From positions 78,663-142,662 of the forward strand of contig JBBISL010000001.1 in assembly GCA_037441285.1 (NCBI GenBank): a stretch of DNA of 64,000 bases, given 5' to 3'. Position numbers and translations under genes: made by a program. Shown piece after piece: positions 1 to 10,194 of the stretch; positions within the stretch are counted from its first letter, which is position 1, and every line of letters starts with the position of its first letter. Below the pieces are notes generated by a model, which ran no database searches, was not told the origin of the DNA, and worked only from the letters and a program-made list of their open reading frames with translations. This stretch comes from a candidate division WOR-3 bacterium (GTDB taxonomy: Bacteria; Hydrothermota; Tepidihabitantia; Tepidihabitantales; Tepidihabitantaceae).

Positions 1-69
1 AAAAAAACCCATTCCTTTTTTCGTATTACCGGCGCTTGTTTGGTGAGGAAAAATAATCGAATGCACAAC

Positions 70-97
70 TTGACCGAGCAGGTTTAAATCTTATAAT
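70..97 (+). promoter_or_regulatory. sigma70-type promoter
   Basis: TTGACC-N16-TATAAT; GTG start at 106 follows 8 nt after the -10 box. Confidence 0.7.
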
Positions 98-105
98 TTA
101 TAAGA

Positions 106-591
106 GTGCTGTACATCCAGTCATTAGATTTGCGCGAGTACATTGAGGCAAACCGGATTTTCGTTGGTGAAGGTCGAGGTGAGTGCGGCCTTGCCCTCCA
201 TCTGCCAATCAAAAATTATGTTGCCGGCGCCGATCCTACGACCGACTACGCATTGATGATATCGATTGCCAACGACTTAATCGAATTCCTGATGTACAAA
301 CGAGCGGTACGTGGTCCTCAGGTATGGGACTACAATCCCGAGAAAGCGGTTGAGGTTTACAATGTCTGTGGGGACAATGTCTCGACGAGCGGAATTATTA
401 TTGAGGACAAAAACTATCCTACTGGCGCCAAGTTGCAGGTTTTTCTTGACAAAACTTTTGGGGTAAATGAAGTGGCGATTCGCTGGAAGGCGCAGATGGT
501 AGGGGACGAGCGACTACTCTCTGATTACGAGGCCTACCTCAAACAGGTTCTTACGAACGAACAGGTTGCAACAGAACGGCAACCTGACTAA
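106..591 (+). CDS. hypothetical protein (161 aa)
   Basis: ORF directly behind a consensus promoter; no family recognised. Confidence 0.7.
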   Translation: MLYIQSLDLREYIEANRIFVGEGRGECGLALHLPIKNYVAGADPTTDYALMISIANDLIEFLMYKRAVRGPQVWDYNPEKAVEVYNVCGDNVSTSGIIIEDKNYPTGAKLQVFLDKTFGVNEVAIRWKAQMVGDERLLSDYEAYLKQVLTNEQVATERQPD

Positions 592-637
592 TTGAGCACG
601 GCTCGACTTTTGCGTATCCGGTTCAGGTAAATGGGGT

Positions 638-1297
638 ATGGTTTGTCTGCGTGAGGTAAAAAAAGACCCTGAGGCACAAGCTCTAATTGCCGAAGCCGAC
701 CGGCAGCTGGCAGTTCTCGGCTATACGGAACACGGTCATCGCCATGCCCGGCTTGTGGCAAAGAACAGTCGTCGGATTCTAATTGAACTGGGCTATGATG
801 AAAGAGTGGCGGAGTTAAGTGCCATCGCTGGTTACCTCCATGATATTGGTAATGTTGTAAACCGACAGGCACATGAGCGCACCAGTGCCCTTTTGGCACG
901 GGAAATTCTGGTCCGCCTTGGAATGGAATTTGGCGAAGTTTCTCAGATAATGGCAGCGATTGGCAATCACCATGAAGAAGGCGGCAATCCTATCTCTGAA
1001 ATAGCGGCGGCCCTGATTCTTGCTGATAAATCAGATGTTCACCGGAGCCGGGTGCGGAATCCAGCGCTGATAAAGTTTGATATCCACGACCGGGTAAACT
1101 TTGCGGTAAGAAAATCAACACTCAGTGTTGACAGTACTCATCACCGAATTATTTTCGACTTAAATGTTGATACGGGAATTGCACCGGTAATGGAATATTT
1201 TGAAATTTTCCTCAGCCGAATGCTCATCTCCCGCCGTGCCGCCGATTTCCTCAAATGCCAGTTTGAACTGGTAATCAACGGTACAAAATTGGTTTAG
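638..1297 (+). CDS. HD-domain phosphohydrolase
   Basis: H(EHGHRH)...YLHDIG...IGNHHE...LADKSD HD-superfamily motifs. Confidence 0.85.
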   Translation: MVCLREVKKDPEAQALIAEADRQLAVLGYTEHGHRHARLVAKNSRRILIELGYDERVAELSAIAGYLHDIGNVVNRQAHERTSALLAREILVRLGMEFGEVSQIMAAIGNHHEEGGNPISEIAAALILADKSDVHRSRVRNPALIKFDIHDRVNFAVRKSTLSVDSTHHRIIFDLNVDTGIAPVMEYFEIFLSRMLISRRAADFLKCQFELVINGTKLV

Positions 1298-1321
1298 AGT
1301 TTAACTGGGCAGCGATTGAAG

Positions 1322-1349
1322 TTGACAATTTTCTGTGCCGCTTTATGCT
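1322..1349 (+). promoter_or_regulatory. sigma70-type promoter
   Basis: TTGACA-N16-TATGCT; ATG at 1358 is 8 nt downstream. Confidence 0.7.
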
Positions 1350-1357
1350 CAATATGA

Positions 1358-2155
1358 ATGGAAAATCAGTCCCGACCGGACAGTTTAATCTTTCTGGGTT
1401 CAGGTGGCGCGAGAATCGTCATTGCCAAGCAGGTGCGCGCCTCAGGTGGTATCTGGTTTAACCTCCAGAACACCCAGTTTATCGTTGACCCTGGTCCCGG
1501 CGCTCTGGTACGAGCCACGAGTAGCCGGCACAAACTTAACCCAACACAACTTGCCGCAATTCTCCTGTCCCATCGCCACCTTGACCATGCGGCGGATGTC
1601 AATGTGATGATTGAGGCTATGACGCTTGGTGGAACCGAACCACGCGGAAAGCTTTTTGCCCCTGAAGACGCACTGGAGGGAAATGACCCGGTAGTTCTGC
1701 GCTATTTGCGGAATTTTCTTGAAGCGGTCGTAGTTCTTCGGGAAAGGGGACAATATCAAATTGGCACGATATTGTTTACCTGCCCGGTACGGCACCGACA
1801 TCGCGGTGAGGTTTACGGATTTAAATTTAAAACTGATGCGCTGAGCATCTCTTATATCGCTGATACTGCGTACTTTCCCGAATTGGCTGAATTTTACCGT
1901 GCCGATGTGGTAATCTATAATGTTGTTCGTTACACACCATCAAACCTTGACCATCTTCACTTTCCCGAAGTCGAAGAGTTGATCAGCGCAATGAAACCAA
2001 AACTTTCCATAATGACTCACTTCGGGATGACGATGATTCGGGCTCGGCCCTGGAAATTGGCTCGAGAGTTAAGTGAACGAACCGGATATATGGTTTTAGC
2101 CGCCGAGGATGGTATGTTAATCGAACTTGCCAAATACTTGAGGGGCAATGAATAG
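1358..2155 (+). CDS. MBL-fold metallo-hydrolase
   Basis: FLGSGG, VDPGPG, SHRHLDH (HxHxDH), ADT and late His motifs. Confidence 0.85.
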   Translation: MENQSRPDSLIFLGSGGARIVIAKQVRASGGIWFNLQNTQFIVDPGPGALVRATSSRHKLNPTQLAAILLSHRHLDHAADVNVMIEAMTLGGTEPRGKLFAPEDALEGNDPVVLRYLRNFLEAVVVLRERGQYQIGTILFTCPVRHRHRGEVYGFKFKTDALSISYIADTAYFPELAEFYRADVVIYNVVRYTPSNLDHLHFPEVEELISAMKPKLSIMTHFGMTMIRARPWKLARELSERTGYMVLAAEDGMLIELAKYLRGNE

Positions 2156-3755
2156 GAAGCCCGTTTTACCGCTTCCCGAAGAGGTGGTGCGCCGAATCGC
2201 CGCCGGTGAAGTGATTGTTCGACCCGCATCGGTGGTTAAAGAATTAATCGAAAATTCAATTGATGCCGGGGCGAAACGAATTCGGTTAGAGATAAAAGCC
2301 GGCGGAAAAAATCTGATTCGGGTCACCGATGACGGAATTGGGATGAACCGAGATGATACCCGACAGGCGGTAGCAAGATACGCTACCAGCAAACTGAGTT
2401 CGGTTGACGACCTCACCAGAATTCAGAGTTACGGCTTTCGGGGCGAAGCACTGGCATCAATCGCCGCAGTCAGCCGGATGACAATCGAGACCAACACCGA
2501 TGAAACTCAAGCCGGAACGCGATTGGAAATAGAAGGTGGCGAAATAAAAGAAATTGCTGAAGTTGCCCATCCTCAGGGTACAACGGTGACTGTTAAGGCG
2601 CTGTTTTTTAATCTACCGGTACGCCGGGCATTTTTGAAATCAGAAAATTACGAGTTCCGAATGGTAGCGGAGGCGTTTCGCAATTATGCAATAGTTTTTC
2701 CTGAAATAGGATTTGAATTGATAAACAACGAACGCCTTGTGGTAAATTTGCCACCGGTTGGTTCGTATCGGGAACGGTTGCTGGGATTGTTTGACCGGAA
2801 AACAGTCGAAGGACTGGTTGAATTTCAAGTTAACAATCCTATGTTAAGCCTTCACGGATTTTTTTCTGACCCCACTCAGGTCAAGGGATTTTCTGATGTC
2901 CAAGTGGTGTTTTTCAACCGCCGTCCGGTGCGCAACCAGGTAGTGACAAGGGCAGTTTACGACGGGTACGGACCTATGCCTTCCGGTCGCCATCCCAATT
3001 TTGTCGTCTTCATCCAGACTGAGCCATCACGGCTTGATGTTAATATCCATCCGACAAAGCAGGAAGTCAGGTTTGCCGATGAACGCTTCCTGTTTGATTT
3101 TGTTTCAGAAGCGGTCCGGAAAGGTCTGGGGATTCAGCGCCGGTCACAAATGGAGGACACCAGCCTGTTTGTTCAGGAACGAATTATCCAAGACGACGAA
3201 ATGCCAGGAGAATTCTGGCAATTGCACAACAGTTACATCTTCGCTCAGGTAGCATCAGGTTATGTAATCGTTGACCAACACGCGGCACATGAACGCATAA
3301 TTTATGAAGAGCTCCTGCACCGTCAACAGGAGGCAAAACCTCAGGGGTTACTTTTTCCCATAACCTTCGACTTGAACGCTGAGGAGTTTGAAGCCTACGA
3401 CAGTATCAAAGGAAAACTCCGCCAGATGGGGATGGAAACAAAAATTTTCAGTGGCCGTACTGTTGTGGTTGAAAGTGTCCCGGCCGGTTCATATATGGGA
3501 AAAGGCGAAATCAGGGAGTTCTTTGCGGAACTGGTTAAAACCAGCTTAGAACAAGCAACCATCGAACAAGAACTGGCAAAACTTTTTGCCTGTAAAGGCG
3601 CGGTTAAAGCCGGGCAGCGTCTCACGCAAGAGGAGATGGTGTCACTGATTAACCGGCTTTTTGCCTGCCGGGAACCTTACTTCTGTCCTCATGGCAGACC
3701 GGTGATTATTAAGATTACCCTTGAAGACCTGGACCGGAGGTTTGGCAGAATTTGA
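2148..3755 (+). CDS. mutL: DNA mismatch repair endonuclease MutL
   Basis: IAAGEV, KELIENSIDAG, GFRGEALASI, DVNIHPTK; C-terminal DQHAAHERIIYE, ACK and CPHGRP endonuclease motifs. Confidence 0.97.
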   Translation: MNRKPVLPLPEEVVRRIAAGEVIVRPASVVKELIENSIDAGAKRIRLEIKAGGKNLIRVTDDGIGMNRDDTRQAVARYATSKLSSVDDLTRIQSYGFRGEALASIAAVSRMTIETNTDETQAGTRLEIEGGEIKEIAEVAHPQGTTVTVKALFFNLPVRRAFLKSENYEFRMVAEAFRNYAIVFPEIGFELINNERLVVNLPPVGSYRERLLGLFDRKTVEGLVEFQVNNPMLSLHGFFSDPTQVKGFSDVQVVFFNRRPVRNQVVTRAVYDGYGPMPSGRHPNFVVFIQTEPSRLDVNIHPTKQEVRFADERFLFDFVSEAVRKGLGIQRRSQMEDTSLFVQERIIQDDEMPGEFWQLHNSYIFAQVASGYVIVDQHAAHERIIYEELLHRQQEAKPQGLLFPITFDLNAEEFEAYDSIKGKLRQMGMETKIFSGRTVVVESVPAGSYMGKGEIREFFAELVKTSLEQATIEQELAKLFACKGAVKAGQRLTQEEMVSLINRLFACREPYFCPHGRPVIIKITLEDLDRRFGRI

Positions 3756-4666
3756 GGGTGCTCGTTTTAACCGGACCTACCGGAGTCGGGAAGACCGATG
3801 TTGCGGTAATTCTGGCACGGAGGTACGGGGTTGAGATAATCTCTGCCGACTCGAGACAGGTCTACCGGCACCTTGATATCGGAACGGCAAAACCTTCGGT
3901 TGAACTACGCCAGGAAATAAAATTTCATTTGATCGACTGCGTTGAACCAAATAAATTGTATTCAGCGGCCGATTTTGCGCGCGACGCATTGAAGATAATG
4001 CACCGGCTAAATGCCGAAGGACGCAATTTTATCATTGTCGGGGGAAGCGGTTTTTACCTGCGAGCCCTTTTTCAACCCTTTTTTGAGGCACCGTCGCATA
4101 ACCCGAATCTTCGGACTCGACTCAGTGCAATACCAGTTAGAGAGCTTTATCGCACGCTAATGGAGGTGGACCCGGAGCGTGCAAAACAGCTTCATCCTAA
4201 TGACCGGCAACGGATAATTCGGGCGCTGGAGATATATGAGTTAACCGGGAAACGTTTCTCTGAACTCACCGCCGAAAGAAAAAACAAAACGGAATTTGTT
4301 CCGGTCTATGTGGTTCTCAATATGGAGCGCAAACGGCTTTATACACTAATTGATAAGCGATTTGACCAGATGATGGCAAATGGATTGCTTGATGAGGTGC
4401 GGCGGCTCAAAGTGCTGGGATTAAGTCAGGGTAGTTACATCACCAACGCCTATGGCTATGCCGAACTTTTGCGCTATCTTGATGGCGAATTAAGTTTGGA
4501 AGAAGCAATTTCTACGGCAAAGAGAAAAACTAAGGAGTATGCCCGGCGTCAGTTGACCTGGTTTCGAGGACTTAAAGATGCCCAGTGGCTGGAATTTACA
4601 AACGCCGCCGAAGTTGCCGAGAAGTTGGCGCCGCTCTTGCTTGACCTGTTAAAAGCTAAACATTAG
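3752..4666 (+). CDS. miaA: tRNA dimethylallyltransferase
   Basis: GPTGVGKT, ISADSRQVY, DIGTAKP, YARRQLTWF; usual position after mutL. Confidence 0.97.
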   Translation: MRVLVLTGPTGVGKTDVAVILARRYGVEIISADSRQVYRHLDIGTAKPSVELRQEIKFHLIDCVEPNKLYSAADFARDALKIMHRLNAEGRNFIIVGGSGFYLRALFQPFFEAPSHNPNLRTRLSAIPVRELYRTLMEVDPERAKQLHPNDRQRIIRALEIYELTGKRFSELTAERKNKTEFVPVYVVLNMERKRLYTLIDKRFDQMMANGLLDEVRRLKVLGLSQGSYITNAYGYAELLRYLDGELSLEEAISTAKRKTKEYARRQLTWFRGLKDAQWLEFTNAAEVAEKLAPLLLDLLKAKH

Positions 4667-4669
4667 TCT
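4641..4669 (+). promoter_or_regulatory. putative promoter for metK-ahcY
   Basis: TTGACC-N17-TAGTCT at the end of miaA. Confidence 0.45.
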
Positions 4670-4699
4670 TAAATGGAAATTCAGAGAAAGGAGAGCAAC

Positions 4700-5902
4700 T
4701 TGAAAAGGAGTTTTAGGTTTACATCGGAATCGGTCGCCGCAGGACACCCAGACAAACTATGCGACCAGATTTCGGACGCAGTATTAGATGAAGTTTTGCG
4801 GCAGGACCCTAAAGGACGGGTAGCGTGCGAGACATTTGTCACCGTGGGAATGGTTTTGGTTGGCGGTGAAATTACCACGAGCGCCTGGGTTGATTTGGAA
4901 CAGCTGGTGCGCCGAGTTCTTAGAGAAATTGGTTATGTTGATTCCAGGTGTGGTTTAAATGCCGACAGTTGTGCGATATTGAATGTAATTGGTCGACAGT
5001 CGCCCGATATTGCCCAAGGAGTTGACATTGGTGGTGCCGGGGACCAGGGAATGATGATTGGCTATGCCTGCCGCCAGACCGAGGAACTGATGCCCTTACC
5101 CATTGTTCTTGCTCATCGTCTGGTTGAACGGCTTGCTGAGGTAAGAAAGAAAAAAATCCTTCCATATCTTCGGCCCGATGGAAAGGCACAGGTAACGGTT
5201 GAGTACGAAGATGGCATCCCGCGACGGATCGACAGCGTTGTCCTTGCCGCCCACCACGACGAAACAATCCTTGACCGTACCGGAACAAAAATTACACAAA
5301 AAGCCCGGGCGGAAATTATTGAGGTCGTGGCAAAACCGATTTTACCCGAAAAGTATCTGGACCACAGGACCAAATTCTATGTCAATGAGACCGGCAAGTT
5401 TGTGGTCGGGGGTCCGCAATCGGACACCGGAATGACCGGCAGAAAAATCATCGTTGACACTTATGGTGGTTGGGCACGGCATGGTGGTGGTGCATTTTCC
5501 GGCAAAGACCCGACTAAGGTGGACCGGTCCGCAGCGTATATGGCACGTTATATCGCTAAAAATTTAGTTGCCGCTCGTGTTTGTGACGAAGTAGAAATCA
5601 GGCTGGCGTATGTTATCGGTAAACCCGACCCGGTGGATATTTCAGTTGATATGATGGGAACCGGACGCGTTCCTGAAACGAAAGTTCAGGAGGTAGTCCG
5701 GAAAATTTTCCCCCTAACACCCAAGGGTATGATTGAACACCTGAAGTTACGCAGCCCGATTTATCTGCCAACTGCGGTGTTTGGCCATTTTGGCCAGAAA
5801 CCACGAGTTGGGAAAGACAAACTGTCGGGTAAAAAGCTGGAGTTTTTTACCTGGGAAAAAACCGATAAGGTGGCTGAGATACGGACGGAGCTTGGTTTGT
5901 AA
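4700..5902 (+). CDS. metK: S-adenosylmethionine synthetase
   Basis: [33 protein letters not shown]; start placed at TTG 4700 behind SD AAGGAG (the track starts at 4673). Confidence 0.97.
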   Translation: MKRSFRFTSESVAAGHPDKLCDQISDAVLDEVLRQDPKGRVACETFVTVGMVLVGGEITTSAWVDLEQLVRRVLREIGYVDSRCGLNADSCAILNVIGRQSPDIAQGVDIGGAGDQGMMIGYACRQTEELMPLPIVLAHRLVERLAEVRKKKILPYLRPDGKAQVTVEYEDGIPRRIDSVVLAAHHDETILDRTGTKITQKARAEIIEVVAKPILPEKYLDHRTKFYVNETGKFVVGGPQSDTGMTGRKIIVDTYGGWARHGGGAFSGKDPTKVDRSAAYMARYIAKNLVAARVCDEVEIRLAYVIGKPDPVDISVDMMGTGRVPETKVQEVVRKIFPLTPKGMIEHLKLRSPIYLPTAVFGHFGQKPRVGKDKLSGKKLEFFTWEKTDKVAEIRTELGL

Positions 5903-5914
5903 AAAGGAGTTAAA

Positions 5915-7183
5915 ATGAAATCAAAAGGGATTGAGTATGATGTTCGAGATTTAACTCTGGCTTCAAGGGGCAGGAATAAAATTGAGTGGGCAGCAAAGTT
6001 TATGCCCGTTCTATCTCTGGTAAAAGAACGATTTATCAGCGAGAAACCACTTAAAGATGTTCGGATAAGTTGTTGTTTACATGTGACTTCTGAAACTGCC
6101 AACCTTGTCCGCACATTAACAGCCGGTGGTGCTCGTGTTCGGCTTTGTGCCTCAAATCCACTTTCTACTCAGGACGAAGTGGCAAGCGCCTTAGTCGAAG
6201 AAGGGATACCGGTTTTTGCGATCAAAGGTGAAGACCGAAAAAGTTATTACCGCCATATTGAACAAGCGCTTGCCCATCAACCGCATATCACCACTGATGA
6301 CGGTGCCGATTTGGTTTCCACACTACACAAAAAGGGCGGTAAGCTGGTTCAAGGAGTATTGGGCGGTACCGAAGAAACAACCACCGGTGTTATCCGTTTG
6401 CGCAGTATGGAAAAAGCTGGTGTATTGCGCTACCCAATAATTGCGGTGAATGACTCCTATACGAAATTTATGTTCGACAACCGCTACGGAACCGGGCAGT
6501 CAACGCTCGATGGTATCTTAAGGGCGACAAATATACTGTTTGCCGGTGCCACGGTTGTGGTTTGTGGTTATGGGTGGTGTGGCCGCGGTTTAGCAGCGAA
6601 GGCGCAGGGGATGGGCGCTGAGGTGATTGTGACCGAGGTTGACCCAATTCGGGCGCTTGAAGCACGGATGGACGGACACCGGGTTATGCGCCTAATAGAT
6701 GCGGCGCCACACGGCGATATTTTTGTTACCGTCACGGGCGACATTAATGTTATTGACCGAGCCCACATCCTGAAAATGAAAGATGGTGCAATCATCTGTA
6801 ATGCGGGTCACTTCGATGTTGAAATCAATCGCCGTGCGCTGGACAAGATTACTAAAAAGAAGCGAGAGTTAAGGCGGTTCTGCGTTGAACATACACTGGT
6901 GAATGGTAAACGGGTAATTCTTCTTGCCGAAGGCAGACTTGTTAACCTTTCCGCCGCTGAAGGACATCCCGCAATGGTAATGGATTTGTCTTTTGCCAAC
7001 CAGGCTCTGGCAATAGAGTTTATCTATAAAAATCAGGGTAAGTTAGCACCCCGTGTTTACAAATTACCGGAAGAACTGGACCGGAAAATTGCGGAGTTGA
7101 AGCTGAACACGATGGGGATTAAAATTGACCGGCTGACCAAGGAGCAAAAAGCCTACATATCATCCTGGCAGGAAGGTACTTAA
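5915..7183 (+). CDS. ahcY: adenosylhomocysteinase
   Basis: CASNPLSTQD, EETTTGV, KFMFDNRYGTGQS, GYGWCGRG, NAGHFDVEI, GHPAMVMDLSF; SD AAGGAG. Confidence 0.97.
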   Translation: MKSKGIEYDVRDLTLASRGRNKIEWAAKFMPVLSLVKERFISEKPLKDVRISCCLHVTSETANLVRTLTAGGARVRLCASNPLSTQDEVASALVEEGIPVFAIKGEDRKSYYRHIEQALAHQPHITTDDGADLVSTLHKKGGKLVQGVLGGTEETTTGVIRLRSMEKAGVLRYPIIAVNDSYTKFMFDNRYGTGQSTLDGILRATNILFAGATVVVCGYGWCGRGLAAKAQGMGAEVIVTEVDPIRALEARMDGHRVMRLIDAAPHGDIFVTVTGDINVIDRAHILKMKDGAIICNAGHFDVEINRRALDKITKKKRELRRFCVEHTLVNGKRVILLAEGRLVNLSAAEGHPAMVMDLSFANQALAIEFIYKNQGKLAPRVYKLPEELDRKIAELKLNTMGIKIDRLTKEQKAYISSWQEGT

Positions 7184-7227
7184 GCCCTTTGCGCGGCATC
7201 GGTTAAACCGATAAACTCTATTAGGAT

Positions 7228-7323
7228 AGAAGGAAACCCCGAAAGGAGTCCCGGAGTTACTCTGTAACTGAGTGAATGTGTAATTCAGTGATTCAATCGG
7301 GTAGTCACTCCGGGAGTCGTTCC
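7228..7323 (-). repeat. degenerate 12-nt tandem array, consensus nGAGTnACTCnn (8 units)
   Basis: minus strand reads ggaacgactccc|ggagtgactacc|cgattgaatcac|tgaattacacat|tcactcagttac|agagtaactccg|ggactcctttcg|gggtttccttct; 7249-7257 pairs with 7307-7315. Confidence 0.6.
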
Positions 7324-7526
7324 CCTAACAACCTCCTGAATAGTATCCAAAATGATATTTACCTTTATAACAGCTGTTAGTATTAATTTTAACTGATTCA
7401 CGCGCTAACTTACATATTACTACAAGGTTAAATAAAATTGCTATAGATTGCTGGTTTTTACTATTTTTCAAGAGTACTCTATCCCGAAATAACGACGAAC
7501 TGATGACGAGAAGTGATAGATTTGAA

Positions 7527-8813
7527 TTAACGGATTCGGAAACGGGGTCCTTTGCCCGACGACAGTTGTCGGGCAAGAAGCCGCGCCTGCTCGAACTCTT
7601 TAAGGAGCCGGTTAACATCGGTAACGGTTGTTCCCGAACCGGCAGCAATTCTGCGCCGTCGTGAACCATCGATAATGTCTGGATTCTGCCGTTCTTCCGG
7701 CGTCATTGACTGGATAATTGCCTCAATCTTAACAAACTCATCTTCGTCAACATCGATATTACCAGCACCCGGAACAAGGGAAAGTAACTTGGAGAAAGAA
7801 CCCATTTTTTTAACTGCCTTAAGCTGGCTTAAAAAATCATCGAGATTGAATTTACCCTTGAGAAATTTTTCTGCCATCTGACGCTGAGTAACTTCGTCCG
7901 TGGCGCTTTGCACCTTTTCGGTCAGGGTTTTGATGTCACCCATACCGAGGATGCGTGCCGCGATACGGTCAGGATGAAACTCTTCAATGTCTTCCAGTCT
8001 TTCTCCAGTTGAGATGAAATAAACTGGCATACCGGTTACCTGGCGAACCGAAAGTACCGCGCCGCCTCGAGCATCGCCATCAAGTTTTGTAAAACAGCAA
8101 CCGGTCAGGACCAGACGCTCGTTAAATTCCGATGCTTGATTAACCGCATCCTGTCCTACCATTCCATCAAGAACGAGCAGCGTAACATCGGGTTTAATCT
8201 TTTCTTGAATCTCTTTGAGTTCGCTCATTAACTCTTCATCGATGTGCAGTCGGCCTGCGGTGTCGAGGATTAAAAGCCCGTTACCATTTTTGCGGGCATA
8301 CTCTCGGGCTTTAAGGCAGGTGGTAATCACATCTTTTTCTACGGGATGGAAATCGCAGTTAACACGGCGGGCAACACTCTCTAACTGTTCAACCGCGGCC
8401 GGTCTCTTCGGGTCACAGGCAACAAGGAGTGGTTTACGGTTACGATAACGGAACGCAAGTTTACCAGAAAGCGTTGTTTTACCGGTTCCTTGCAATCCAA
8501 CCAAACTGATTATCGAGGGACTATTCCTTAAATCCAGCCTGACGCTACTGGTACCAAGGAGTTTTACCATTTCCTGGTAAACGACATAAGTTATCAATTC
8601 GCCGGGCTTCAAACTGGCAGTAATATCCTGTTCTTTAAGCCGGGATTCGACGCCGCGGATAAACTGACCTACAACCTTATAGTTGACATCCGCTTCGAGG
8701 AGAATGGTACGAATTTCTCCGAGAGTTCGGGTAATTTCTACCGAGGTTAGTTTACCCCGACCAAGGAGTTTACGCTGCAGTTCAGTAAGTTTCTGGGTCA
8801 GTATGTCAAACAT
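7527..8813 (-). CDS. ffh: signal recognition particle protein
   Basis: LLEADV, GLQGTGKTT, DTAGR, TKLDGDARGG, RILGMGD, M-domain SRRRRIAAGSG. Confidence 0.97.
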   Translation of the reverse strand: MFDILTQKLTELQRKLLGRGKLTSVEITRTLGEIRTILLEADVNYKVVGQFIRGVESRLKEQDITASLKPGELITYVVYQEMVKLLGTSSVRLDLRNSPSIISLVGLQGTGKTTLSGKLAFRYRNRKPLLVACDPKRPAAVEQLESVARRVNCDFHPVEKDVITTCLKAREYARKNGNGLLILDTAGRLHIDEELMSELKEIQEKIKPDVTLLVLDGMVGQDAVNQASEFNERLVLTGCCFTKLDGDARGGAVLSVRQVTGMPVYFISTGERLEDIEEFHPDRIAARILGMGDIKTLTEKVQSATDEVTQRQMAEKFLKGKFNLDDFLSQLKAVKKMGSFSKLLSLVPGAGNIDVDEDEFVKIEAIIQSMTPEERQNPDIIDGSRRRRIAAGSGTTVTDVNRLLKEFEQARLLARQLSSGKGPRFRIR

Positions 8814-9448
8814 TTCAATTGACGAACCGTTTGAGTATAATCACCACTTTTAAATATCGCACTACCCGCAACCAATATATCGGCACCAGCCTCTATAACC
8901 TGCTGGCAATTTGCCGGGCATATCCCGCCATCAACCGAAATGGTAAACTGAGTTTTGGTTTGAATCCGCATCTCATAAAGTTGCTTGATGCGCTCAAGAG
9001 AGTGGGGAAGAAATGTTTGCCCCCCCAATCCGGGAAAGACACTCATTATCAAAACATCGTCCACCTTGTCCAGCAAGGAAAATAATGTTTCAATTGGCGT
9101 GTCGGGATTTAGAGAAATCCCCGCTTTTTTGCCCGCCGCAGAAATGGTGTTTATACAGCATTCCGGGTCATCAGTTGCTTCAATGTGAAAGATAATGTAG
9201 TCAGAGTAGGAAAGGAACTTCTCAATGATTTTTTCTGGTTTAATTACCATCAGATGAGAGTATATTGGAACCGAAGTTATTTTGTGGACCGCTTTAACAA
9301 TCGGTACACCAAAACTGAGATTGGGAACGAAGTGTCCATCCATAATATCAAGATGTAAAGCATCGATCCCGGCTGCGAGCACGGCACGCACCTCGGCTTC
9401 AAGCTGGAGAAAGTTACAGTCGAGAATTGAGGCGGAGACCTTTGTCAT
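8798..9448 (-). CDS. rpe: ribulose-phosphate 3-epimerase
   Basis: HLDIMDGHFVPN, HLM, MSVFPGLGGQ, VDGG, VAGSAIF. Confidence 0.96.
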   Translation of the reverse strand: MTKVSASILDCNFLQLEAEVRAVLAAGIDALHLDIMDGHFVPNLSFGVPIVKAVHKITSVPIYSHLMVIKPEKIIEKFLSYSDYIIFHIEATDDPECCINTISAAGKKAGISLNPDTPIETLFSLLDKVDDVLIMSVFPGLGGQTFLPHSLERIKQLYEMRIQTKTQFTISVDGGICPANCQQVIEAGADILVAGSAIFKSGDYTQTVRQLKCLTY

Positions 9449-10194
9449 CTTTTTTGTTCCGACGATTTAGGTTCACGGACAACGATTAGATTAACCGTAT
9501 CCCCGCTTGCCACAGACATTCCTTCTTCCGGATACTGGAAAAGCACTGTGCCCAGCGGTTCACTACTGGAAGCGGGCTTTATTCCGCCCAGGATAAGTCC
9601 TTGGGAAACAATAATGCCGCGGGCGGTTTCGATGTTTAGCCCGACCAGGTTGGGCATGGGAAAAGTACCTGTTTTGGTCGAAACTGAAATTACCACCTCA
9701 GTACCCCGGCGAACTTCGGTTCCTGCTGGAGGGAATAAGGTAACAACTCTGCCCGTCGGTACTGTTGCCGTGCGTATTGATTCAATCCGAGCAATGACAA
9801 AGCCAGAGCGTTCCAGGGCGGTTATCGCGTTTGCCAGGGGTAGACCTTCAAGGTTAGGAACCCGTATTTTACTGACGCCGGCACTTACTTCCAGGTCGAC
9901 CTCCCGGCCAATTTTTACCCGGCGTCCGGCGCGCGGGTAATGGGCGCACACCCGGTTGGGAGGAATCTCGGCGCTGGGTACAGTTCGAACTTCACCCTTT
10001 TTCAACCCTGATTTAAGCAGGAGGCTTTCGGCTTTTTCGGGTGTTAACCCGACCAGATTAGGAACGGATACCTCTTTGCCCTTATGAACAAGGATAGGCA
10101 TCAGGAGGTTAACGATGCCAAAAATAAGGGCGAAGGTCGCAAGCAGTATCAAAAGGCTAATAAAAACGCGCAATGGTTTTTTAGATTTCTTCAT
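9445..10194 (-). CDS. membrane-anchored triple-PASTA-domain protein
   Basis: N-terminal TM helix then three (V/M)PNL(V/E)GL...Q/xP..G repeats; start placed at ATG 10194. Confidence 0.88.
   Translation of the reverse strand: MKKSKKPLRVFISLLILLATFALIFGIVNLLMPILVHKGKEVSVPNLVGLTPEKAESLLLKSGLKKGEVRTVPSAEIPPNRVCAHYPRAGRRVKIGREVDLEVSAGVSKIRVPNLEGLPLANAITALERSGFVIARIESIRTATVPTGRVVTLFPPAGTEVRRGTEVVISVSTKTGTFPMPNLVGLNIETARGIIVSQGLILGGIKPASSSEPLGTVLFQYPEEGMSVASGDTVNLIVVREPKSSEQKR

Noticed and set aside
4667..5914. SAM or SAH riboswitches at metK/ahcY
   Set aside because: Intergenic gaps are too short and no aptamer motifs are visible.
7406..7433. Second dif-like site (…GGTTAAAT)
   Set aside because: It lacks the inner ATAA-N6-TTAT symmetry; 25323-25350 fits far better.
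7184..7526. SRP RNA (ffs) or 6S RNA next to ffh
   Set aside because: No SRP helix-8 motif (CAGG...GNRA...AGCAG) on either strand and no convincing 6S-length rod with a central bubble.
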